A DNA stretch of 64,000 nt from Pseudomonadota bacterium. GTDB taxonomy: Bacteria > Pseudomonadota > Gammaproteobacteria > Ga0077536. The stretch lies in NCBI GenBank assembly GCA_036339995.1, contig JAYYZW010000092.1:3116-67115 (forward strand). The letters run 5' to 3'. The position numbers and the translations under genes were made by a program. The notes below the pieces were generated by a model, which made no database searches, was not told the origin of the DNA, and saw only the letters and a list, made by a program, of their open reading frames with translations. Shown piece by piece: positions 28,707 through 37,667 of this stretch (positions are counted from its first letter, which is position 1; the number at the start of each line of letters is the position of its first letter).

Positions 28707-28717
28707 TGACACTGTCA
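28707..28717. promoter_or_regulatory. palindrome TGACA-C-TGTCA overlapping a minus-strand TTGACA upstream of the acyl-CoA dehydrogenase
   Basis: Seen in sequence; possible operator of an unknown regulator. Confidence 0.3.
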
Positions 28718-28753
28718 ATGCGTTCATGTAAGAAAAGCGTAACGAGCACTTTA

Positions 28754-29710
28754 TCATCGCGGCAGGCTGTTCAACCCCGAAGCGAATTCGCAGCACACCT
28801 CAAGCACCGGCACGGCGATCTCCAAGCGCCGCGCTTCCGCCACCGCATAGCCTAGGGTTTCTTCGACTTCGAGGGTACGGCCCGCTTCGAGATCCTGCAG
28901 CGAGGACATGCGGTGGCCCGGTGCGGACATCGTGAGGCCTCGACCGACCTGTCGCAGTCGTTCGATCGCCGTGGCCTCCTGTCCGGAGGCGATCGCAGCG
29001 ACAGGAACCGGGGACTGATCGACAAGCTCGATATTCCTAGCCGCCGCAATGTGGGCCATCTCACGGATCAGCCGAACGCCAAGTACTGCGAAACGCGGAT
29101 TCTCGAGAGTGGGGCCGGTATTCGTCCGCGCGATCAGCGACAGTGAAAAGAGCGCCACCCAACCGACGAACTTGGACCACTCGACCGTTTCGATGTTCGC
29201 CGCCGCCTCGGTATGGATACCAGCGTCGTCGATCATGCGGGCGATGGTGTCCGAGCTTGGCTCCGCCCTGCAGTCCGCGTTGCCAATGGACAGACACACG
29301 TTGCGCGTGAACTCGACCGCGCCCGATTCGAGCAGCTCACCGCTGAAGTTGGCCATGCAGCCAAGCACGACATTGTCCCCATGGACGGCCGCCAGTTGTT
29401 CGTTTTTCATTACCCCGTTGGCAACGGAGAACACGGCCTTTGGCGACACCCCCGACAGCGCGGCCGTCGCGTCCGCCATGTGGTAGGTCTTGACCGCATA
29501 GATCAGGAGATCGGTCGCGGTCGCGGCGTCGGGTTCGATGACGCGGCAACGGTGGTCCAGTTCCACCAGGCCGCTAACGCGTAAACCGTTTTCCGTGACG
29601 TCCTTTGCGCGTTGTCCGCGCGCCACGATCGTGACGTCGTGGCCGGCGGCACCGAGATGCGCGCCGAGGATGGTGCCAAGCGCGCCCGCGCCGACTATCG
29701 TGACGTTCAT
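28754..29710 (-). CDS. ketopantoate reductase (PanE/ApbA) family protein
   Basis: IVGAGALG, YAVKTY, EWSKF, MSSLQDLEAGRTLEVE. Confidence 0.88.
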   Translation of the reverse strand: MNVTIVGAGALGTILGAHLGAAGHDVTIVARGQRAKDVTENGLRVSGLVELDHRCRVIEPDAATATDLLIYAVKTYHMADATAALSGVSPKAVFSVANGVMKNEQLAAVHGDNVVLGCMANFSGELLESGAVEFTRNVCLSIGNADCRAEPSSDTIARMIDDAGIHTEAAANIETVEWSKFVGWVALFSLSLIARTNTGPTLENPRFAVLGVRLIREMAHIAAARNIELVDQSPVPVAAIASGQEATAIERLRQVGRGLTMSAPGHRMSSLQDLEAGRTLEVEETLGYAVAEARRLEIAVPVLEVCCEFASGLNSLPR

Positions 29711-29875
29711 GCGAAAACCTGCGCCTCGTCGGGTTGCATCGGAAATGATAGTGTCAAAGGTATACGCATCTATGCCCGCCTCCTGCCGTCAAAGATCGAG
29801 AAAAGCACATCGATCGGACCGTGTACGGGGAAACTTTGCCTTGACCGGCGCAGGCTATGGGTCCAGGTTAATTGT

Positions 29876-31228
29876 ATGACCAGTCCCATCACCCTGCCGC
29901 CCGGCCCGCCCGAAAGCCCGTTCCGACAGCTTTTGCGCTATTCCTTCACGCCCATCGAATATCTGGAAGACTGCGCGAAGTACGGCGAGACTTTCACCAT
30001 CCGGCTCGCGGGCTTCGGTACGCTCGTCCAGCTCACGCGGCCGGATGATATCCGGGAAGTCTTCCGCGGCGATCCGGCCGTGCTTCACGCGGGTGAAGGC
30101 AATGCCCTTTTATCGTCGGTCGTAGGCGCAAGCTCCGTCCTCGTCCTCGACGACGAAGCCCACGTGCGCCAACGCAAGGTCATGTTGCCGCCGATCAAAG
30201 GCGAGCGCATGCGCACTTTCTTCGATGCCATGCGTCTTGAGGCGCTAGCTGTCGCCGACAAGTGGGCCGACGCGGGCATCGTACGCGCGGACAAGGCGAT
30301 GCAGACCGTGACCCTGCGGGTTATCCTGCGCGCGGCACTCGGCCGGGAGCCGCTCGAGGAGTTCGAAGAACTGCAGAAGACCATGGCGCGCCTACTCGCG
30401 CATGTGCGTCATCCGCTGGCGCTGTTCATGTGGAACCTGTTCCCGCTGGAAAAGTATCAGGATTCGCGCGTGCTCCCGTTCTACCGCATGCGGCGCAAGT
30501 TCGACTCCTTGCTTTACAAGGTGATCGCGCAACAGCGCGCGATACCGCCGGACAAACGCCCGGAATGCCTGTTGAACGACCTCTTCGGCATGCGCTACGA
30601 CGACGGCAGCTCGATGACCGATCTGGAACTCCGCGACGCCATCGTGACCGTGCTCGCCGCCGGCCATGACACGACCGCTCTGTCGCTCTCGTGGGCGTTC
30701 GAACAGATCCTGCCGCGCGCCGATGTCGTCAAACGCATCGAAAACGAGCTTGAAGAAGTCTGCGGAAAAGACCTGCCGAAAACCGAACACATGGCATCAC
30801 TCGAATACCTGGATGCCGCGATCCGCGAAAGCCTGCGGATCCGCAGCATCATTCCGTTCGTGGTTCGCGTGCTGAAGGACAGCTTTTCAACCGGCGGCTT
30901 CACCTTCCCCGCGGGCCTCGTGTTGTGCCCGTCGATTCACGTACTGCATATGCGCGAAGATCTCTACCCCGAGCCGCGCGTGTTCCGACCCGAACGTTTT
31001 CTCGAACGCAAGTTTGCGCCGCACGAATGGGACCCCTTTGGCGGCGGCAACCGCGCCTGCCTGGGCCAGGCGCTCGCACTCTATGAAATGAAAGTAGTGC
31101 TGGCGACGCTGTTCTCCGTACTGAAAATGGAACGGCCCGCTGGCGCGGTCTCGAAACCCGCGCGGCGTGGCATCGCCATCGGACCACACGACGGCACGTG
31201 CCTGCGGGCGACGCGACGACGCGGATAA
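29876..31228 (+). CDS. cytochrome P450
   Basis: AAGHDTT (I helix), ESLR (ExxR), PERF, PFGGGNRACLG (heme Cys). Confidence 0.95.
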   Translation: MTSPITLPPGPPESPFRQLLRYSFTPIEYLEDCAKYGETFTIRLAGFGTLVQLTRPDDIREVFRGDPAVLHAGEGNALLSSVVGASSVLVLDDEAHVRQRKVMLPPIKGERMRTFFDAMRLEALAVADKWADAGIVRADKAMQTVTLRVILRAALGREPLEEFEELQKTMARLLAHVRHPLALFMWNLFPLEKYQDSRVLPFYRMRRKFDSLLYKVIAQQRAIPPDKRPECLLNDLFGMRYDDGSSMTDLELRDAIVTVLAAGHDTTALSLSWAFEQILPRADVVKRIENELEEVCGKDLPKTEHMASLEYLDAAIRESLRIRSIIPFVVRVLKDSFSTGGFTFPAGLVLCPSIHVLHMREDLYPEPRVFRPERFLERKFAPHEWDPFGGGNRACLGQALALYEMKVVLATLFSVLKMERPAGAVSKPARRGIAIGPHDGTCLRATRRRG

Positions 31229-31328
31229 AACGTGTTCGCCGGCGAGCCGGCTCCTATCATCGACCACCTAGCGCTATCGCACACTGAAAGGCCGAACCGG
31301 CAGTGTCCGCGTTCCGGCGATCCTCCAG

Positions 31329-31577
31329 GCAAACAACGGCGAGTATCTTCGCGATGCAGCAATAGCAGGCCGCGGGATGATCCTCCAGCCAAAGTTCATC
31401 TGCTACGAGGCGATCCGAGACGGTTTGCGGGCACCGGTGCTGACTCGATACAAGTGGATCGATCTCTCGGTCTACGCGATCTACCCGAACACGCGTAATT
31501 TACCGCAGCGAATTCGGGCGTTCATCGATTTCCTGGCCGAATTATGGGATAAGTGCCCGTATTGGGAAGACTGCTAA
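31329..31577 (+). pseudogene. 3' remnant of a LysR-family regulator (substrate-binding domain)
   Basis: ANNGEYLRDAAIAGRGMILQPKFI...VYAIYPNTRNLPQRIRAFIDFL; no HTH upstream. Confidence 0.8.
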
Positions 31578-31761
31578 GGTATTTGGTTGCAGATCACTGC
31601 GCCCACTATCCGGAACTCCGTAGCACCGTCGAATTCAAGCGTTTATCCCAAAGCGGATCGTCGGGGTCTCTTAATGGACTGGGTTGTTGGTGTCACAATG
31701 GTTCGTCAGGCGCGGGCCGAACCGGCGGTAACAGGGGCCGGATCGCGACAAGGGGAACAAT

Positions 31762-33009
31762 ATGTTGAAAACAGTCATCACACCGCCCGGTACGATCGAT
31801 TCCGAAGCCGGTCTTGAACAGATCCAGGCCGCAATGCGGCCCCATTATCCGAGGTTCTCCGACCAGGAATATGGCCGGCGGCACAGCGCGATCCGAGTGG
31901 AGATGGAACGTCAGGGAATATCATGCCTGGTGATCTACGCGGGCAGTTACAGTGTCGGCAACCAGAAAAACTTGCATTACCTCAGCAACCTGATCTCCTA
32001 TCTACCGGCCTATCTCGTGTTTCCGCTTGAGGGCGAGCCGACGCTGTTCATGTTGATCTATTCGTTTATTCCGGGTGGACGTGCGATCTCGAACGTGGAC
32101 GACGTGCGCTGGTCGCTTGGACCCGATGGACCGATCGCCTGCATCAGAGAAACTGGAGGCGACGAGGGAAAAATCGGCCTCGTGGGTGAAGATGTCATCA
32201 CGAGTTCCATTCCGCACGGTCACTACGAGGAGTTTGCGGCGGCGTTCGGCGAAGATTCCCTGGAAAATTTCACCTTCGCCATGCACGCCTTGATGAAAAT
32301 TCCCAGTGAGGAGGAACTCAAGTGGTTTCGTAAAGGCGCGGCGTACAGCGATCTCGGCGTTGCGGCCTATATGGAGGCTGCCGAGCCGGGCATGACCGAT
32401 AGCCAGATCTATGCCGCGATACACCACGCCTATCTTTCGCAACCCAACGGCGTGTTCTATTTTTCCTGGATCGGGTCGACCCCGATGGAAAATCCGAGCT
32501 GTCCGTATCCTTTCGGCCTGCCGTCCGGGCGGACGGTGCAGAAAGGCGACATCATCATGACCGAGATCAGCGGCGCTTATCACGGATATGCCGGACAGAT
32601 CGCGCGGCCGCTCGCGCTGGGTAAACCCCCGCAGCGGTATCGGGATTTCTTCGATCGGGCACAAGAGGTCTACTACGGGGTACAGGAAGTCCTGGTACCG
32701 GGCAACACCGCGCGCGACGTGCTCAAAGTATCGCAGAAATTTCTCGATCGAGGCTATTCAGTGCAATGTCCGACCATCCACGGCTGGGGCCAACGCATCA
32801 TTCCGCCGTTCGCCGACCTTCCCGGATCGAAGGTGTGGACCGCAGAGCTCGACGTGCCATTCGAGGAGAACCAGCTCATTATGATAGAGCCCAGTCCGTG
32901 CTCGCCGGATACCACGGCGGGCATTTTCGTCGGTGACTTGAACCGCGTTACGCCGGGCGGCGCCGAAACGCTGCATCAATGGCCTTTCGAGTTTGCCGTC
33001 AAAGATTAA
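31762..33009 (+). CDS. M24 (Xaa-Pro peptidase/creatinase-like) family protein
   Basis: Creatinase-type N-terminus, IPSEEELKWFR, KGDIIMTEIS, IHGWG, MIEP. Confidence 0.82.
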   Translation: MLKTVITPPGTIDSEAGLEQIQAAMRPHYPRFSDQEYGRRHSAIRVEMERQGISCLVIYAGSYSVGNQKNLHYLSNLISYLPAYLVFPLEGEPTLFMLIYSFIPGGRAISNVDDVRWSLGPDGPIACIRETGGDEGKIGLVGEDVITSSIPHGHYEEFAAAFGEDSLENFTFAMHALMKIPSEEELKWFRKGAAYSDLGVAAYMEAAEPGMTDSQIYAAIHHAYLSQPNGVFYFSWIGSTPMENPSCPYPFGLPSGRTVQKGDIIMTEISGAYHGYAGQIARPLALGKPPQRYRDFFDRAQEVYYGVQEVLVPGNTARDVLKVSQKFLDRGYSVQCPTIHGWGQRIIPPFADLPGSKVWTAELDVPFEENQLIMIEPSPCSPDTTAGIFVGDLNRVTPGGAETLHQWPFEFAVKD

Positions 33010-33147
33010 ATGCACTCGTCGGGAATTGACCTCAAACACAATGTCAGATTGCAACTGGCGAAGATGACCGATTCGGGAATTCTTGTCAGGCCATCCATCA
33101 TCCTAAAATTTCAGTCGAGACGCGGGTGATCGAGTAATCAGTCGACA

Positions 33148-33951
33148 TCAGTTTGTACCCCACGAACCGCGCACGATCCGACCGTCAGTGCAGAGCGCGG
33201 GTTTGATCTCGCAGAACTGGATCCGCTCGCCGTCCAGCATAAAGGTTTCGGAAAATGGGAACCGATCGTCGTTAACCAGTACGAGGGCCGTTTCGCCGTC
33301 AGGGAAGGTAGCGAGACCGAAGTAATCGTAAAGAACCTTCGGGTCATGGTGCTCCTTGGAGCCAATGTTCCACCCGCAGGTATGTTCGTCGGAACAGGGC
33401 ATGAACGCATCGTATAGATTCGTAACGAGATCCGTGATCGACGCTCGTCTGGTTTTCCCGGTGTCGACATAGAACATGTCGTAATCGGGATCCTGCATCT
33501 TCCAGGCGCTTGTTTCGGGATTGTAGACCTCCAGCAGGGTATGGGAGAGGTATCCATCGACCGACCGATAGACGATGACTTTTCGCGAGCGGACGCCGAT
33601 TGAATGAGCCATGCGGATCATCGCGTTTGATCGGGTCCAGCATTCAAGGTGCGGCTGCTTGTGCTTTCTGAGGTAACTCGCTTCCAGCATAGCGAGGATC
33701 CGATCGCTGTCGTGGAGATATTCGTAGAGTTCATCGTCAATCAGATGAACACTCGACTGGTGGACGAATTTTCGGATCTTATCCGTTTTCTCATGGAAGG
33801 AATCACGCTCCGATATGCCGATGACACGCTCAGCAACAGGGTCGCTCGTCTTCTTCGCCGAGAGCGGACCGATCGAGGAGGAAGGCTCGAGAATCAGCGC
33901 GAAATACGCCGCGATGAATACGCCGCCGTATATGATTACTCGAATCAGCAC
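33148..33951 (-). CDS. membrane-anchored transglutaminase-like protein
   Basis: N-terminal TM segment; Cys-His-Asp pattern ECWTRS...SHTLLEVY...WKMQDPD. Confidence 0.72.
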   Translation of the reverse strand: MLIRVIIYGGVFIAAYFALILEPSSSIGPLSAKKTSDPVAERVIGISERDSFHEKTDKIRKFVHQSSVHLIDDELYEYLHDSDRILAMLEASYLRKHKQPHLECWTRSNAMIRMAHSIGVRSRKVIVYRSVDGYLSHTLLEVYNPETSAWKMQDPDYDMFYVDTGKTRRASITDLVTNLYDAFMPCSDEHTCGWNIGSKEHHDPKVLYDYFGLATFPDGETALVLVNDDRFPFSETFMLDGERIQFCEIKPALCTDGRIVRGSWGTN

Positions 33952-34127
33952 GACGCTGCGAACGCGGTCACCGCTTAGCGTAGCGTGACGATTCCCGGGT
34001 CAGGTCTCACATTCCAACAATAGCGTCAATCTGGAGTCTAGTCTTCATTGGATTTGAGTCGAATGGTGGGACTTTTGAAGCGGTGTGTATTTGGGCCTAC
34101 ATAAAGTGAAAGCTTGGCGCTACTTTT

Positions 34128-34883
34128 TCACGGCACGCGCGACAAGCGCGCCGCCAGTGCGCGCAAAGTTGCGACGCGTTCGGGCCCCGAGGGATGCGTC
34201 GAGAAAAACGAGGTCGAAGATGCGCCCGGTATCCGGTTCATCGCTTCGTGCAGGCGCGCCCCGCCATCCGCTTCGAAGCCCGCTTCCACCGCCCATATCG
34301 TCCCCAGGTAATCCGCCTCCCGTTCGTTATCCCGGCTGTAGCCGGACTGGATTGCGGCAAAGGTGAGGCTGGAAATGGTCTGGCCCCCGGGGACGCCGAG
34401 TCCACTCAAGACCACGCCGCCGATTACGCTCAGGATACCGGTCGTGGCGGTCTTAGCTTTCTGGCTTTCCCCGTGTTCGAGTTTGAGGTGCGCAATCTCG
34501 TGGCCGATCAGCGCCGCCGCTGCGTGCGGATCTCCACCCAGGATCTCGAGCATTGCAAAATTGATGCCAATGACCAATTCGCTGCGCTGACCCTTCCCGG
34601 CGAACGCGTTCGGCAGATCGCCGTCGACGATGATGAGGATCACGTCGAGTTCGGCCGCTTCCTCGATGCCCGTTTTAACAGCATACAGCAGACGCATTTG
34701 ATCCGTACGCACGGTATGAATGGCCTTGACGCGCTTGGTACCGAGTTGAACGACATCGGCGTCGGCCGCCGCGATTTCCGAGACGCGCCATTGATATTGA
34801 AAAGGCTGACCATGGGCGCTTGCTGAAATCCCGATCGCAAGGACGAAGCTTAGGATATGGGGCGGGTGACGGCAGTGCTTCAT
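34128..34883 (-). CDS. M48-family metalloprotease, exported
   Basis: PNAFA, IGHEIAH, YSRDNEREADYLG, FSTHPS. Confidence 0.9.
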   Translation of the reverse strand: MKHCRHPPHILSFVLAIGISASAHGQPFQYQWRVSEIAAADADVVQLGTKRVKAIHTVRTDQMRLLYAVKTGIEEAAELDVILIIVDGDLPNAFAGKGQRSELVIGINFAMLEILGGDPHAAAALIGHEIAHLKLEHGESQKAKTATTGILSVIGGVVLSGLGVPGGQTISSLTFAAIQSGYSRDNEREADYLGTIWAVEAGFEADGGARLHEAMNRIPGASSTSFFSTHPSGPERVATLRALAARLSRVP

Positions 34884-35050
34884 GTCTGTCAGTATACGGA
34901 GGGCATCAGTTCCTGTTGTGATTGGAATCGATAAAGCGTCTTTCGTTCAATACAACAAAGTCTCATTCGCATTCATTATCCCGTGGGCAAGCGTCTGGCC
35001 GAACCGTTAAACTGGCGCGTCCGGCGGAGCACGAAAAAAGGAATGAGAAC

Positions 35051-36286
35051 ATGCGCTGCGAAGTGGTCGCGATCGGCACCGAACTTCTTCTGGGGCAGAT
35101 AACCGATACCAATTCGTCCTGGATCGGGGCCGAACTGGCCTTGGCCGGCATCGATTCGCATTACCAGACCAAGGTCGGAGACAACCTGGAACGCATGGTC
35201 GAGAGTATTCGCCACGCGCTAGCCCGCAGCGATGCGGTGATCACCGGGGGCGGTCTCGGACCGACGCAGGACGACATCACGCGTGAGGCTATTTGCGAAG
35301 TCATGGGGGTGCATCTCGTCCACCAGCCCGCGATCGCCGATCGTATCCGTCAGATCTTCGAATCCCGGGGCCGCAGCATGCCGGCCAACAACCTGCGGCA
35401 GGCGGATGTACCCGAAGGCGCGAGCGCGATTCCAGAGCAGCCGGGCACGGCACCGGGGCTCGTCTGCCCGATGGGTGACAAAGTGATCTATGCCGTCCCC
35501 GGCGTGCCTCACGAAATGCGGGTCATGATGAGAGGGACCATCTTGGCCGATCTGAAACAGCGCGCGGGCCTGAGCGCCGTGATCAAAAGCCGAGTGCTCA
35601 GGACCTGGGGACACAGCGAGTCGCGCCTTGCGGAACTCCTGTCCGAGCGCATCACGGCTCTCGACGAAACCGGGAACCCGACGCTCGCTTTCCAGGCGAG
35701 CGGCATCGAAGGCATCAAGGTACGCATCACCGCAAAGGCCGACGACGAAGACGCAGCGGCTAAGCTCATCGCCGAAGAGGAAGCGCGCGTGCGCAACATA
35801 CTCGGAAATTTCATTTTCGGCATCGACCAACAATCGATGGAATCGGTCGTGCTCGATATCCTGCGCTCGCGAGGCCAGAGCCTGGCATTGGCCGAGATCA
35901 CGAGCGGTGGCCTCGCGAGCGCGCGACTGTCGACCGTCGACGGCGCAGGAGAGGTATTTCGCGGGAGCGTCGTTCCGGCCGCAGGCACCGCGCGACAGGC
36001 GATCCTGGGCGTGCCGGTCTCGACCATCGGCACGGCGGAAGCCGCCGGCACCCTGGCGGCGGCGGTACGCGACGCATTCCGCACCGATATCGGTCTGTCG
36101 ACGACTGGCCAGCATGACCTCGGTGATTTCAATCACGATGCTCCCGGTACAACTTATCTCGGTATTGCCGTTAACGACGACGTCACCGTCGAGCAAGTCC
36201 GCCTGCCGGGCGATCGCGAGCGCGTCAGACGATACAGCGTGATCAGTCTTTTGAACGCGCTGCGATTGCGGTTAATTTCTAGTTAA
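35051..36286 (+). CDS. cinA: CinA-like competence/damage-inducible protein (COG1058 + PncC-like domain)
   Basis: IGTELLLGQITDTNS, GGLGPTQDDITRE, VPGVPHEM. Confidence 0.9.
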   Translation: MRCEVVAIGTELLLGQITDTNSSWIGAELALAGIDSHYQTKVGDNLERMVESIRHALARSDAVITGGGLGPTQDDITREAICEVMGVHLVHQPAIADRIRQIFESRGRSMPANNLRQADVPEGASAIPEQPGTAPGLVCPMGDKVIYAVPGVPHEMRVMMRGTILADLKQRAGLSAVIKSRVLRTWGHSESRLAELLSERITALDETGNPTLAFQASGIEGIKVRITAKADDEDAAAKLIAEEEARVRNILGNFIFGIDQQSMESVVLDILRSRGQSLALAEITSGGLASARLSTVDGAGEVFRGSVVPAAGTARQAILGVPVSTIGTAEAAGTLAAAVRDAFRTDIGLSTTGQHDLGDFNHDAPGTTYLGIAVNDDVTVEQVRLPGDRERVRRYSVISLLNALRLRLISS

Positions 36287-36297
36287 ACATCATTTGC

Positions 36298-36320
36298 TTC
36301 CCCCGCAAGCGAGCTACTAC
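36298..36320. repeat. degenerate REP copy
   Basis: TTCCCCCGCAAGCGAGCTACTAC between convergent genes. Confidence 0.55.
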
Positions 36321-36331
36321 GACGACGAGCG

Positions 36332-36796
36332 CTAGGTTTCTATGAACCGCTTCTTCGCGAATCCTTCTTCATAAGGTGACAGCGCCTTGGCATCGACTAT
36401 GAGCCGCTGAAACAACCACTCCCCGTCATCCTGTTTCACATAGGTTTCGCGATATTTCGCGATCAGCCAGCAAGCCTGGGATTGCGGTTCGCTGACCATC
36501 GGCTGCCACAGGTCCCATTTCCCCGTCGCCGTATCGCCGTCGATCTCGATCACTGGATTCGTGACGTAATGATTGGCAAAGCTGATGAGCTTCGATGCCC
36601 CGCTGAAGAACCCGTGAATCGCATCGCGTCCTTCATAGCAACCAAAGAGTCCACCATCCCAGACCCCATCCTCGACGAACAGCGACACGATGCCGTCCGG
36701 ATCGTACTGCTCGTCGCAGTAGGCGCAGTATCGATGCTTGAGTTGCTTGATCTTCTCGACGTCGTACAACCATTGCAGCTTTTCAGATTCATTCAT
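36332..36796 (-). CDS. NTF2/SnoaL-like protein
   Basis: IKQLKHRYCAYCD, LFVEDGVWD, HYVTNPVIEIDGDTATGKW. Confidence 0.88.
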   Translation of the reverse strand: MNESEKLQWLYDVEKIKQLKHRYCAYCDEQYDPDGIVSLFVEDGVWDGGLFGCYEGRDAIHGFFSGASKLISFANHYVTNPVIEIDGDTATGKWDLWQPMVSEPQSQACWLIAKYRETYVKQDDGEWLFQRLIVDAKALSPYEEGFAKKRFIET

Positions 36797-37036
36797 CGGT
36801 CTCAACTCTCTTTTACTCGGACCTGACAAAGATAGCGGCTCGGGACCCCTCTTGGAAAGGGAAGAAGCGTGGCTCGGTCCGCTCGCTTGCAGGGCACGCC
36901 ATCCTTGAGAACTCCCGCTCGTTCAACAAGCGTCGCCGTGTCGTTTGTCGACCTGCCATTCGGAGTGGACTTGCTCCGCCGGGACCAGCATCATGGATCC
37001 AATCGCAAGCATATGGCCGCCGGAGGGCAAAGCTTC

Positions 37037-37255
37037 ATGAAAATCGAAATCGAATATTGCGTGGTTTGAAACTACGAGCCCAACGCTCTCCGTGCGAGAG
37101 ACAGGATCAATGCGCTCGGCGAGCACGACGTTCACCTGATCAAGGGTGGCAAGGGCGTGTTCGAGATCACCCTCGAAGGCAAGCTCGTATTCTCCAAGAA
37201 AGCCCTCGGCCGGTTCCCGACGGACGCCGAGATCGACGCTTTACCGGGTTGCTGA
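37037..37255 (+). CDS. SelW/SelT/SelH (Rdx) family selenoprotein (CxxU; in-frame UGA at 37067-37069)
   Basis: MKIEIEYCVV[UGA]NYEPNALRAR...LIKGGKGVFEITLEGKLVFSKKALGRFPTDAEI; GGAGGG RBS. Absent from the ORF track. Confidence 0.9.
37086..37100 (+). promoter_or_regulatory. candidate SECIS hairpin of the Rdx gene
   Basis: CUCUC-CGUGC-GAGAG, 16 nt downstream of the UGA. Confidence 0.45.
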
Positions 37256-37298
37256 GGAATCGGCCCCCGGCATATGAATTAGTCTGGCTTGAGACGAT

Positions 37299-37562
37299 AT
37301 GCTGATCGCCGAGTGGATCACGGAGCGGCTCGCCGATGGCATCATTGGTTTCGAACTCCTGAGCGCGGATATCGTGACGCGTGCCGCCGGAACGGGGCTC
37401 GAGACCTCGGCGCGCGAAGTGCGAGTCATTCTGGAACGAATGGTCCGCGACGGTAAGGTCGAAACCTGTCAATACCTCGCGGAAGATGATCGCTATGAGC
37501 CGACGGTATACGATAAATCCAATATCTATTTCTACACATTTCGTCTGAAACCGACGACTTGA
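37299..37562 (+). CDS. hypothetical protein
   Basis: 87-aa ORF with plausible codon usage; no recognised motif and a weak start. Confidence 0.45.
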   Translation: MLIAEWITERLADGIIGFELLSADIVTRAAGTGLETSAREVRVILERMVRDGKVETCQYLAEDDRYEPTVYDKSNIYFYTFRLKPTT

Positions 37563-37667
37563 CCGCAGCAGCCTTGAAAGAGGCCCGTGGGGAACGGGCC
37601 GCCTGTCTGAACGCGGGGGCCGTTGGCGAAATTTTTGCCAAACACGTGTTCATTTCATGAAGGGGAC

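Noticed and set aside
34060-34110. CTTCAAA on the minus strand as a tRNA-Sec anticodon loop
   Set aside because: No cloverleaf stems or T-loop around it; no tRNA was found in the window.
36797-36840. GTCAGGTCCG on the minus strand resembling SRP RNA or a glycine riboswitch
   Set aside because: The remaining conserved nucleotides of either RNA are missing.
37275-37298. In-frame TGAs upstream of the 37299 ORF
   Set aside because: Two TGAs close together, with no Cys motif and no upstream start; not a credible selenoprotein.
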